Of a stretch of 64,000 nt of DNA, positions 27,159 through 35,134 are shown piece by piece. The position numbers and the translations under genes were made by a program. This DNA comes from Sneathiellales bacterium (GTDB taxonomy: Bacteria; Pseudomonadota; Alphaproteobacteria; JANQFL01). The notes beneath the pieces were generated by a model. That model did not search any database and was not told where the DNA came from. It saw nothing but the letters and a program-made list of their open reading frames with translations. The stretch is taken from positions 5,553 to 69,552 of the forward strand of contig JANQFL010000075.1 in the NCBI GenBank assembly GCA_028277845.1, written 5' to 3'. Position 1 is the stretch's first letter, and each line of letters begins with the position of its first letter.

Positions 27159-27482
27159 TTGGCGCAGCAAATGGGACAAAAACTGGAGAGTAGGTTGGCA
27201 ATTTGGAAATTAACGCCGATCGATGTTGGTCAAAGAAATTGGGGGGCGAGCACGTACAAAGAACAAGTAGTTGTCCGAGCCGCTGACGAACGAGATGCAA
27301 GATTAAGGGCCCAAAGGGCATTTCAAATCGCTACTTATATTGTACCTGGTACGGAAATCGCGCTCTGCCCTTGGCAGTATCCGGATATGGTTCGTGCAGA
27401 GCGATTAGACGAAGGTCAATATGAAGAAGAAGGGCCAAATCAAATTCTCGAGCCTGATTGGGCTGAAAGTGAGATTAAATAG
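27159..27482 (+). CDS. Small hypothetical protein with acidic C-terminus (islet gene 4)
   Basis: ORF 27 nt after gene 3. The likely true start is TTG 27195, preceded by GGAG (ctGGAGagtaggTTG). Ends ..EGQYEEEGPNQILEPDWAESEIK. Confidence 0.45.
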   Translation: MAQQMGQKLESRLAIWKLTPIDVGQRNWGASTYKEQVVVRAADERDARLRAQRAFQIATYIVPGTEIALCPWQYPDMVRAERLDEGQYEEEGPNQILEPDWAESEIK

Positions 27483-27600
27483 TCTGACGCTTTCTAATGG
27501 GCACAACAATTTTTCCGTTGGCCTTTGTGGTCAACAATTGCTTGCCATTTAACGGCGTCGTGAATTGAAAGTGACGGATTGGGCCGCGCATCCCATTCAC

Positions 27601-28926
27601 TCACACCAGCATCAAACTCAACTCCGGCACCAGCACGATCAGGATCAGCACCAGCAGCATGATCACCGCGAACGGGAAGGCGCCGCGGAAGATTTCACCG
27701 AGACTGATTCTGTCGTCGTCCAACGTCGATTTGATCACGTAAACGGCGATACCTAGAGGCGGTGTCAGCAGGCCGATCTCGACGGCGATGATGGTGACGA
27801 TGCCGAACCATACCAGGTCGGCGTTGAAGCCGCCGACGATGGGCAGGATCAGCGGCAGCACGATGAGCAGGATCGAGGTCGAGTCCAGCACCGTGCCCAT
27901 CAAGAGAATCACGATGATGTAGATGGTCAGCAGGGCGGCGAAGCTCAGCTCCGCCGCCTCGATGCCGCCGATGAGGAACTGCGGCAGGCCCGACAGCGCC
28001 AGCATGCGGGTGTAGATGCTGGCGGCGATGATCAGGAACGAAATCGAGACGGTGACGTGGCCGGTCTCCACCAGCACCGACCACAGGCCGCGCCAGGTCA
28101 GCTTGCGCCGGGCCAGGGCCAGCAGCAGCGCCCCCAACGCGCCGACGGCGCCGGCTTCCGTCGGCGTGAAGAAGCCGCCGTAGATGCCGCCCAGCACCAC
28201 GGCGATGAGCAGCACGATGGGCGCCATCTTGGCGGCCATGACCGGCAGGGTCAGGTCGTCGTCTTCCTGATCGCTGCCGGAACCGGATATTGCGTCCGGC
28301 CCGCCGACGAAACCCGGCACCCGGTGGGCCAGGAACACGATGGCCAGGCCGAACGCGGCGGCCAGCAGCAGGCCGGGAATGACGCCGGCGATGAACAGCG
28401 CGCCGACCGAGACCTCGGCCAGGAAGCCGTAGACGATCAACAGCAAACTCGGCGGGATCAGCATGCCCAGCACCGACGACCCGGCCACCACGCCGACCGA
28501 GAAGCGCGGCGTGTAACCCAGCCGGAGCATTTCCGGCACCGCCACCTTGGTGAACACGGCGGCGGAGGCGATGGAGATGCCGGTGATGGCGGCGAACACC
28601 GCGTTGGCCGCCACCGTGGCGATGCCCAGCCCGCCCTTGATGCGGCGGAACAGGTGGTTGGCCACCTGGAAGGTATCGCGGCCGATGTCGGCCTGGCTCA
28701 CCAGCAGCCCCATCAGCACGAACAGCGGCACCACGCCGAAGATATGGCTGGCGATGGAATCGGCGGCGGCCTGGGCCAGCAGCTTGCTGGCGACGATGAC
28801 CTTGCCCTTGATCGCCCAGACGCCGAGGAACGAAAGCAGCGTCAGCGCCACGCCCACATGCATGCCGAGCCAGATCAGCACCAGCATGGCGGCGAGCGAC
28901 GCCAGCCCGATCTCCAGCCCGGTCAT
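27601..28926 (-). CDS. dctM: TRAP transporter large permease subunit
   Basis: 441-aa polytopic protein with typical DctM organisation. Followed on the same strand by dctQ and dctP. Confidence 0.9.
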   Translation of the reverse strand: MTGLEIGLASLAAMLVLIWLGMHVGVALTLLSFLGVWAIKGKVIVASKLLAQAAADSIASHIFGVVPLFVLMGLLVSQADIGRDTFQVANHLFRRIKGGLGIATVAANAVFAAITGISIASAAVFTKVAVPEMLRLGYTPRFSVGVVAGSSVLGMLIPPSLLLIVYGFLAEVSVGALFIAGVIPGLLLAAAFGLAIVFLAHRVPGFVGGPDAISGSGSDQEDDDLTLPVMAAKMAPIVLLIAVVLGGIYGGFFTPTEAGAVGALGALLLALARRKLTWRGLWSVLVETGHVTVSISFLIIAASIYTRMLALSGLPQFLIGGIEAAELSFAALLTIYIIVILLMGTVLDSTSILLIVLPLILPIVGGFNADLVWFGIVTIIAVEIGLLTPPLGIAVYVIKSTLDDDRISLGEIFRGAFPFAVIMLLVLILIVLVPELSLMLV

Positions 28927-29030
28927 GGGATGACCGCCATGATGCCCTCCCGGCGGGGGGCGGGGGGCGCACGGTGAGTGTCCGGAACGGCTGGCCGCTT
29001 TTCAGCCGTTGGCCGCAAGTCCTCAACGCA

Positions 29031-29165
29031 CACTCCGTCGTCATGCCCGCGCTCGACGCGGGTATCCACGTGGCGCCGCTGCACGGACGTCGGGTCGCGG
29101 GCCGCGTTGTCGCCACGGATGGACGTGGGTACCCGGATCAAGTCCGGGCACGACGATGGAGAGGT
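29031..29165. repeat. REP/MITE-like inverted-repeat element, copy 1 (between dctQ and dctM)
   Basis: Left arm cactccgtcgtcatgcccgcgctcgacgcgggtatccacg. The right arm is its imperfect reverse complement (cgtgggtacccggatcaagtccgggcacgacgatgg). Each arm holds its own small hairpin. Related copies lie at 51985-52122 and 57211-57360. Confidence 0.6.
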
Positions 29166-29212
29166 GGCCGGTGGCGCTATGACCTTTCTCAGGTTGGGGC
29201 ACGTTGAACCGC

Positions 29213-29686
29213 TCATGCGCCGCCCCGCAACGCCATTCGGAACTCCTTCCACGCCAGCAGCAGGAACTGAATGGCGGTGGCGGCGCAGCCGATCAGGATG
29301 ATCAGCTTGATCGGCCACACCGGCGCGGTGAAGTCGCCGGCGGCGCCGACATATTCGTCGATCTCCCAGGCCGTTTGGAAATACGGTACGCTGGCGTGGA
29401 AGATGATGGCGAACAGCACCGCGCCGATCAGGTTGTAGAGCGCCGACAGGCCGTGCCCGAGCCAGGGCCGGGTGCGCAGCAGGTGGTTGAGCAGGGCGTC
29501 CGAGCGGGTCAGGCGGCCGGCCCACAATGTATGGGCGAGCTGCAGGAAAACGATGCCGACGATGGAGAGGGACACCAGTTCGGTGACGCCGCGGATCGGC
29601 GCGTCCAATGCCTCGCGGCCGAAGATGTCGGCGTTGATCAGGACCATCAGCAGGAAAATCCAGACCGTGCCGACGGCGTTCAGCAC
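29213..29686 (-). CDS. dctQ: TRAP transporter small permease subunit
   Basis: 157 aa, four hydrophobic helices, GTG start, positioned between dctP and dctM. Confidence 0.8.
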   Translation of the reverse strand: MLNAVGTVWIFLLMVLINADIFGREALDAPIRGVTELVSLSIVGIVFLQLAHTLWAGRLTRSDALLNHLLRTRPWLGHGLSALYNLIGAVLFAIIFHASVPYFQTAWEIDEYVGAAGDFTAPVWPIKLIILIGCAATAIQFLLLAWKEFRMALRGGA

Positions 29687-29811
29687 GCCGGTGAAACCGG
29701 CGAAGGAAAAAGAACGGGAACGGTGACCGGTCTCGTCCGGTGCACCGTTCCCGTATTGGTCGCTCGAAATAACGAAGCCCCTTTATCGGATCCAGGGAAG
29801 GTTTCCGGGAA

Positions 29812-30900
29812 CTACTTCTTCGACCAATCCCTTGGGATGTCGGCGCCCGAGGCGATCAGGGCGCTCATATAACCTTTCAGGACCTTGGTGCCGGGCAGGC
29901 CCTTCTTGTCCAGGCCGGCGGCCCAGGCGGACGCCACGTTCGGCACCGTATTGGCCCAGCGGGCCCGTTCGGCGGCGCTGAACTCGGACATCTTGGAGCC
30001 GCTTTCCACCATCTTGGCCAGCAGCTTGGTGGCGATGGCCTGCTGGGTGGCGGCGAACCTGGCCGAATATTCGTCGGCCACGGCCTGGAACACGTCACGC
30101 ACTTCCTGCGGGAAGCCGTCCCAGGTGTCCTTGTTGATGGAAATGCCGCCGGCGAACTGGGAGCCGAAATTCACCTTGGTGATGTAGGGCGCCACCTCGT
30201 AGACCTTGGAGCCCCAGGCGCCGGTGGCGAAGGTCAGGGTGCCTTCCGACACGCCGGTCTTGATGTCGTTGTAGTAGGTCTTCAGGTTGCCCGACACGGC
30301 CACCGCGCCGGTGCCCTTGATCCAGTTGGCCGACGGGCCGGGCGCCGAGATCTTGCGGCCCTTCAGGTCGTCCATGGTTTTGACCGGGAACGACGTGTAG
30401 AGGTGATAGGTGTCCAGCGCCGCGCCGCCGAGATAACGCTGGTTGTGCTTGCTCCAGGCGGCGTTCATTTCGGGGATGTCTTTCTGCAGCTTGGCGATGG
30501 TGCCCGACACGACGGAGATGTTGTCGGTGCCGAACGGTGTCAGGTACGACACGTTCTGCAGCGGCATCTTCGGCGCCTCGAAAATGGTGCCGACGAAGCC
30601 CATGTCGACCAGGCCTTCCTCGATGGCTTCCAGCACGCCGCCGATCTTGGCGACGGTGCCGCCATAGGCCTCGGTCCATTCGATCTTGTGATTGCCCTTG
30701 GCGGCCAGGCGCTTGTCGACCTCGGGGATGAAGAACTCGTGCATGAGCTTGACCCAGAGGAACACCGGCGGATGGCCAGCGGCCGCGGTGATCTTGATGG
30801 TCTCGGCCTGGGCCGCGCCGGCGGCCAGAACGCTCATGGCAACCGTGGCGGCGGCGGTGGTGCCCAGTGCGGCACGGCGAATGCGTTGATACATGGTCAT
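29812..30900 (-). CDS. dctP: TRAP transporter substrate-binding protein (DctP family)
   Basis: ATG 30900 is preceded by GGGAGGA. Signal peptide ..AMSVLAAGAAQA followed by a DctP-type fold. The ORF-track start 30960 was rejected. Confidence 0.85.
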   Translation of the reverse strand: MTMYQRIRRAALGTTAAATVAMSVLAAGAAQAETIKITAAAGHPPVFLWVKLMHEFFIPEVDKRLAAKGNHKIEWTEAYGGTVAKIGGVLEAIEEGLVDMGFVGTIFEAPKMPLQNVSYLTPFGTDNISVVSGTIAKLQKDIPEMNAAWSKHNQRYLGGAALDTYHLYTSFPVKTMDDLKGRKISAPGPSANWIKGTGAVAVSGNLKTYYNDIKTGVSEGTLTFATGAWGSKVYEVAPYITKVNFGSQFAGGISINKDTWDGFPQEVRDVFQAVADEYSARFAATQQAIATKLLAKMVESGSKMSEFSAAERARWANTVPNVASAWAAGLDKKGLPGTKVLKGYMSALIASGADIPRDWSKK

Positions 30901-31167
30901 GGCGGCTGATGTCCTCCCATCGTCGGCCATGACACGCCGGTTGGGTCTTGAGTGGGTCATGGCTCGTGTTTTGTTGCGGTCCGACGGGCGCGGGCGCGTC
31001 CCATCCCCCTACGGCAAAACTGTAGCCCCCGGTGCGGTGGCTGGCAACCGAATTATACGAACGTTCAATCAAATTGTGCTGGCCTTTCCAGTCCCGCGCG
31101 TTATCGTAGAAGCATTGTTTGCATTGGCCGGGCAGGCGCCTGGCCAAGCGTTCATGGCGGAGCGGGG

Positions 31168-31827
31168 ATGGCGCGCGGCCGGACCGATACCAAGACCAGG
31201 CTGATGGACGTGGCGGAGAAGCTGTTCGCGGATCACGGCTTCGACGGCGTGTCGCTGCGCCGGATCACCACCGAGGCCGGCGCCCAGCTGGCCATGGTCA
31301 ATTACCATTTCGGCACCAAGCGGGGCCTGCTGGAGGCGGTCATCGCCCGGCGCATCGAAGTGCTGAGCGAACAGCGCGTGCGGTTGCTGGAGGACCTGGA
31401 GGCCGCGGCCGGCGACGGGCCGCTGCCGCTGGAAGACGTGGTCGCCGCCTTCATCGGGCCCTATTACCGGTTGTCGTCCAACGGCGGGCGGGGCTGGAAG
31501 AACTATGGCCGCCTGGTGGCCCAGGGCGCCAACTCCCGGGCCCTGATCCAGCACGGCCTCAGCAACCTGTTCGATCCGGTGGCCAAGCGCTTCATCGCGG
31601 CCTTTCAGCGCGCCCTGCCGGAGCGCAGCGAGGAGCAGGTGGTCTGGGGCTTCCACTTTCTCATGGGCACAATGCTCTACATGTTCGCGGAAACCGGCCG
31701 GATCGAGAAACTGACCGGCGGCAAGTACCGCAGCGGCGACCTGGACGCCATGTACGCCCACGTGGTGCCGTTCCTGGCCGCCGGGTTCCGGGCCTGCGAG
31801 GCGCAGGTGCAACGGCAGGCAAGTTAA
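31168..31827 (+). CDS. TetR/AcrR family transcriptional regulator
   Basis: RLMDVAEKLFADHGFDGVSLRRITTEAGAQLAMVNYHFGTKRGLLEAV HTH. Divergent from dctP. Confidence 0.85.
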   Translation: MARGRTDTKTRLMDVAEKLFADHGFDGVSLRRITTEAGAQLAMVNYHFGTKRGLLEAVIARRIEVLSEQRVRLLEDLEAAAGDGPLPLEDVVAAFIGPYYRLSSNGGRGWKNYGRLVAQGANSRALIQHGLSNLFDPVAKRFIAAFQRALPERSEEQVVWGFHFLMGTMLYMFAETGRIEKLTGGKYRSGDLDAMYAHVVPFLAAGFRACEAQVQRQAS

Positions 31828-31843
31828 CAAAGGATCGACATCG

Positions 31844-32767
31844 ATGAAGCTGGCGACTTTCGTGTATCGGGGTTCGGAGAAAATCGGCGCCGTCGTCAAC
31901 GGCGACACCCAGGTCGTGGACCTGGCCGCCGCCGATCCGTCGTCACCCCACTTCGCCTCCATGCTCGCCTTGATCGACGGCGGCGCGGTGGCCCTGGGCG
32001 CGGCCCGCGCCGCGTCGGCCGACGCCCAGGCATCGGGCGATCATCTGCTGGCCCTGTCGGACGTCACGCTGCTGTCGCCCATCCCGGTACCGCGCCGGCT
32101 GCGCGACTGCCTGGTGTTCGAGGAGCACCTCAAAAATTCCTTCCGCCGGGCGTCCGAGCGCACGGGGCGCACCTACACCATTCCCGACGTCTGGTACGAA
32201 CAGCCCATCTACTACAAGGGCAACCATTTCAGCGTCGTCGGCACCGATGCCGAGGTGCGCTGGCCGGCCTATTCCCAGGTCATGGACTACGAGCTGGAGC
32301 TGGCCTGCATCATCGGCAAGGGCGGCGCCGACATCGCCGAGGACGACGCCCTCGGCCACATCTTCGGCTACACCGTGTTCAACGACTTCTCCGCCCGCGA
32401 CGCGCAACTGGCGGAAATGCCGGGGCAGCTCGGACCGGCCAAGGGCAAGGACTTCGATACCGGCAATGCGCTGGGTCCGTGGATCGTCACGGCCGACGAG
32501 ATCGGCGATCCCCACGACCTGACCATGATCGCCCGGGTCAACGGCGCGGAATGGAGCCGGGGCAACTCCGCCACCATGCACCACAGCTTCGCCCGCATCG
32601 TCTCCTACCTGTCCCAATCGGAACGGCTGGTGGCGGGGGAGGTGATCGGCTCGGGCACCGTCGGCAACGGCTGCGGCCTGGAGCACGGCAACTACCTCAA
32701 GGCCGGCGATGTGATCGAGCTGGAGGTCGGCGGTATCGGCGTTCTGCGCAACCGTATCGCCGGATAG
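31844..32767 (+). CDS. Fumarylacetoacetate hydrolase (FAH) family protein
   Basis: MKLATFVYRG.. N-terminal domain. The catalytic domain has YELELACIIG, FNDFSARD and GKDFDTGNALGPW. Confidence 0.85.
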   Translation: MKLATFVYRGSEKIGAVVNGDTQVVDLAAADPSSPHFASMLALIDGGAVALGAARAASADAQASGDHLLALSDVTLLSPIPVPRRLRDCLVFEEHLKNSFRRASERTGRTYTIPDVWYEQPIYYKGNHFSVVGTDAEVRWPAYSQVMDYELELACIIGKGGADIAEDDALGHIFGYTVFNDFSARDAQLAEMPGQLGPAKGKDFDTGNALGPWIVTADEIGDPHDLTMIARVNGAEWSRGNSATMHHSFARIVSYLSQSERLVAGEVIGSGTVGNGCGLEHGNYLKAGDVIELEVGGIGVLRNRIAG

Positions 32768-32813
32768 ATCGACGAATTAGACTGACGACAAGAAAAAACG
32801 ACGGGAGGCCATC

Positions 32814-33590
32814 ATGGCGCGGCGCATAGTCGATATTTCGATGTACCTGGAAAACGACGTGATCTCGGACCCGCCGCCGTTCGGGCCGCAGATCACCTAC
32901 ATGGACCACCAGTCCACCTTCGATCAGCTGGCCGGCTTCTTTCCCGGCCTGAAAAAGGAGGACCTGCCCGACGGCGAGGCCTGGGCGGTCGAGCAGGTCA
33001 ATCTGATCACCCACAACGGCACCCATCTGGACGCGCCCTATCATTTCCATTCGACCATGAACAAGGGCGAGCGGGCCATCACCATCGACGAGGTGCCGCT
33101 GGACTGGTGCTTCCAGCCGGGCGTCAAGCTGGATTTCCGCCATTTCGACGACGGTTATGTGGTGACCGCGGCGGACGTGGAGGCCGAACTCGACCGCATC
33201 GGCCACGACATCCGGCCCCTCGACATCGTCATGGTCAACACCCGGGCCGGGTCACGTTACGGCGCGGATGACTACGTCGCCGCCGGCTGCGGCATGGGCT
33301 ACGCGGCCACCATGTACCTGCTGGAACGGGGCGTGCGCCTGACCGGCACCGACGCCTGGAGCTGGGACGCCCCCTTCGTCTACACCGCCGAGAAATACGC
33401 CGAAACCGGGGACGCCGGCGTCATTTGGGAGGGCCACAAGGCGGGCCGCGACATCGGTTACTGTCATTTGGAGAAACTGCACAATTTGGAGGCTTTGCCT
33501 GCGGACGGTTTCATGGTTAGTTGTTTCCCGGTCAAGATACGCGGCGCGTCGGCGGGCTGGACCCGCGCCGTCGCCATCTTCGACTCTTAG
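32814..33590 (+). CDS. Cyclase family protein (kynurenine formamidase-like, PF04199 type)
   Basis: HNGTHLDAPYHF metal motif. Size 258 aa. Confidence 0.8.
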   Translation: MARRIVDISMYLENDVISDPPPFGPQITYMDHQSTFDQLAGFFPGLKKEDLPDGEAWAVEQVNLITHNGTHLDAPYHFHSTMNKGERAITIDEVPLDWCFQPGVKLDFRHFDDGYVVTAADVEAELDRIGHDIRPLDIVMVNTRAGSRYGADDYVAAGCGMGYAATMYLLERGVRLTGTDAWSWDAPFVYTAEKYAETGDAGVIWEGHKAGRDIGYCHLEKLHNLEALPADGFMVSCFPVKIRGASAGWTRAVAIFDS

Positions 33591-33618
33591 GATCGGGGAC
33601 CAACAAACCGAAACGGCA

Positions 33619-34044
33619 ATGGACGAAGACAAACCCTACCGCCTGGATAAGCAGGTGGGACACCTGTTGCGCCGGGCCAACCAACGGCATCTGGCGATTT
33701 TTCAAGAGTTGATCGGCGATCCGCAGGTCACGGCCACCCAGTTCGCCGCCATGGTCAAGCTGCGCGACGAGACCGAGCTGTCGCAGAACCATCTCGGCCG
33801 GCTGACGGCCATGGATCCGGCGACCATTCAGGGCGTCATCCGGCGGCTCATGGACCGCGACCTGATCGCCAGCCGCAGCGACCCCAACGACAAGCGCCGC
33901 ACCCTGCTGCGCCTGACCGGGGACGGCGCGGCCCTGGTCGACCGGCTGGTCGCCAACGGCGAGCATATCTCGTCGACCACGCTCTCGCCGCTGAACGAGC
34001 GCGAGCGCGAGACGTTCCTCACGCTGCTCGCCCGCCTGTCCTAG
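33619..34044 (+). CDS. MarR family transcriptional regulator
   Basis: 141 aa winged helix: VTATQFAAMVKL..LSQNHLGRLTAMDPATIQGVIRRLMDRDLI..DPNDKRR. Confidence 0.85.
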   Translation: MDEDKPYRLDKQVGHLLRRANQRHLAIFQELIGDPQVTATQFAAMVKLRDETELSQNHLGRLTAMDPATIQGVIRRLMDRDLIASRSDPNDKRRTLLRLTGDGAALVDRLVANGEHISSTTLSPLNERERETFLTLLARLS

Positions 34045-34116
34045 TTTTCCGCCCGTTCGCCGGAAATTCGGATGCCCCGGTTCCCGCCGATCCCCTCGGG
34101 CCGGCGGGCCAAGCGT

Positions 34117-34188
34117 GGTGCCGCGCCTGGTGCCGCGATGGGCGCCGCGACAGGTTCCGCGCTTGGGGCCGCGATGTGTGCCGTGCTT
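34117..34188. repeat. Six imperfect tandem ~12-bp units (GGTGCCGCGnnn)
   Basis: Units start at 34117, 34129, 34140, 34153, 34165 and 34177/8. The period is 11-13 bp, immediately upstream of a TTGACA hexamer. Confidence 0.45.
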
Positions 34189-34193
34189 GATGC

Positions 34194-34239
34194 TTGACAA
34201 CACCCGGTCGGGTTGGCGTAATATCGTTTGTACACAAAC
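34194..34239 (+). promoter_or_regulatory. Candidate sigma70-type promoter plus operator for the Mo-hydroxylase operon
   Basis: TTGACA (34194-34199), a 19-nt spacer, TAATAT (34219-34224), then the inverted repeat GTTTGT-AC-ACAAAC (34226-34239). Lies ~55 nt upstream of ATG 34292. Confidence 0.35.
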
Positions 34240-34291
34240 AAAATAAGGGTGCGTCAAGCACTCCAGGTTTTATCAGGGAGGTCGAAACCGG

Positions 34292-35134
34292 ATGGGGCGC
34301 TACCTCAACCCCAAAACCGCCGACGAAGCGCTCGCCGCATTACGTGACGGCGGCCTGACCGTCCTCGCCGGCGGCACCGACTACTACCCCGCCCGGGTCG
34401 GCAAGCCCCTGTCGGACGACATCCTCGACATCACCGGCATCGAAACCCTGCGCGGCATCTCGGACGACGGCGACGCCTACCGAATCGGCGCCACCACCAC
34501 CTGGACCGACGTGGTCAAGGCCGACCTGCCGCCCCTGTTCGACGGCCTGAAACGGGCGGCGCGGGAGGTCGGCGGCGTGCAGATCCAGAACGCCGGCACC
34601 GTCGCCGGCAATCTCTGCAACGCCTCGCCCGCCGCCGACGGCGTGCCGCCTTTGCTCGCCATGGACGCCCGGGTCGAGCTGAGCAGCCTGGCCGGCGTGG
34701 ACACCGTGCCGCTCTCCGACTTCATTCTCGGTAACCGTTCGACATCGATCCGTCCGGACCAGATGCTCAGCGCCGTCCTGGTGCCCAAACACGGGGCAGG
34801 GGCGAAAAGCCATTTCTACAAGCTGGGCGCCCGTCGCTACCTAGTGATTTCCATCGTCATGGCCGCGGCCGTGGTCGAAACCGGCGGCGACGGGGCGGTC
34901 ACCGCCGCCCGGGTGTCCGTCGGCGCCTGTTCCGCCGTGGCGCAACGGCTGACGGCGTTGGAAGACCGCCTGATGGGCCGCCCGTGCGACGGCGCGCTGG
35001 GTGACATGGTGACCGAGGCGGACGTGGCCGGCCTGTCGCCCATCGACGATATCCGGGCCAGCGCCGCATACCGCGCCGAAGCGGTGGTCACCGTGGTGCG
35101 GCGCCTGCTCAACGAACTGGGAGCGCAACCGTGA
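34292..35134 (+). CDS. Molybdenum hydroxylase FAD-binding (medium, CoxM/XdhB-like) subunit
   Basis: LAGGTDYYP FAD/PCMH motif, 280 aa. Its stop overlaps the next start. Confidence 0.85.
   Translation: MGRYLNPKTADEALAALRDGGLTVLAGGTDYYPARVGKPLSDDILDITGIETLRGISDDGDAYRIGATTTWTDVVKADLPPLFDGLKRAAREVGGVQIQNAGTVAGNLCNASPAADGVPPLLAMDARVELSSLAGVDTVPLSDFILGNRSTSIRPDQMLSAVLVPKHGAGAKSHFYKLGARRYLVISIVMAAAVVETGGDGAVTAARVSVGACSAVAQRLTALEDRLMGRPCDGALGDMVTEADVAGLSPIDDIRASAAYRAEAVVTVVRRLLNELGAQP

Larger units (their letters stand above)
24169..27600. mobile_element. AT-rich inserted genomic islet (no integrase) within the 3' end of dctM
   Basis: Bracketed by the duplicated dctM terminus. Base composition shifts abruptly relative to both flanks. 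The orphan ORFs use TTG starts and atypical codon usage. Confidence 0.6.

Noticed and set aside
28923-29525. ORFs spanning the dctQ-dctM spacer (28923..29525 minus; 28974..29207 and 28978..29301 plus)
   Set aside because: They are generated by the REP/MITE-like element (MPALDAGIHV-type peptides recur at every copy) and by antisense dctQ sequence.
34117-34188. Tandem ~12-bp repeats considered as a CRISPR-like or minisatellite coding feature
   Set aside because: The units are far too short and contiguous for CRISPR (no spacers). The repetitive peptides they produce in minus frames have no start or context. I kept them as a regulatory or structural repeat only.
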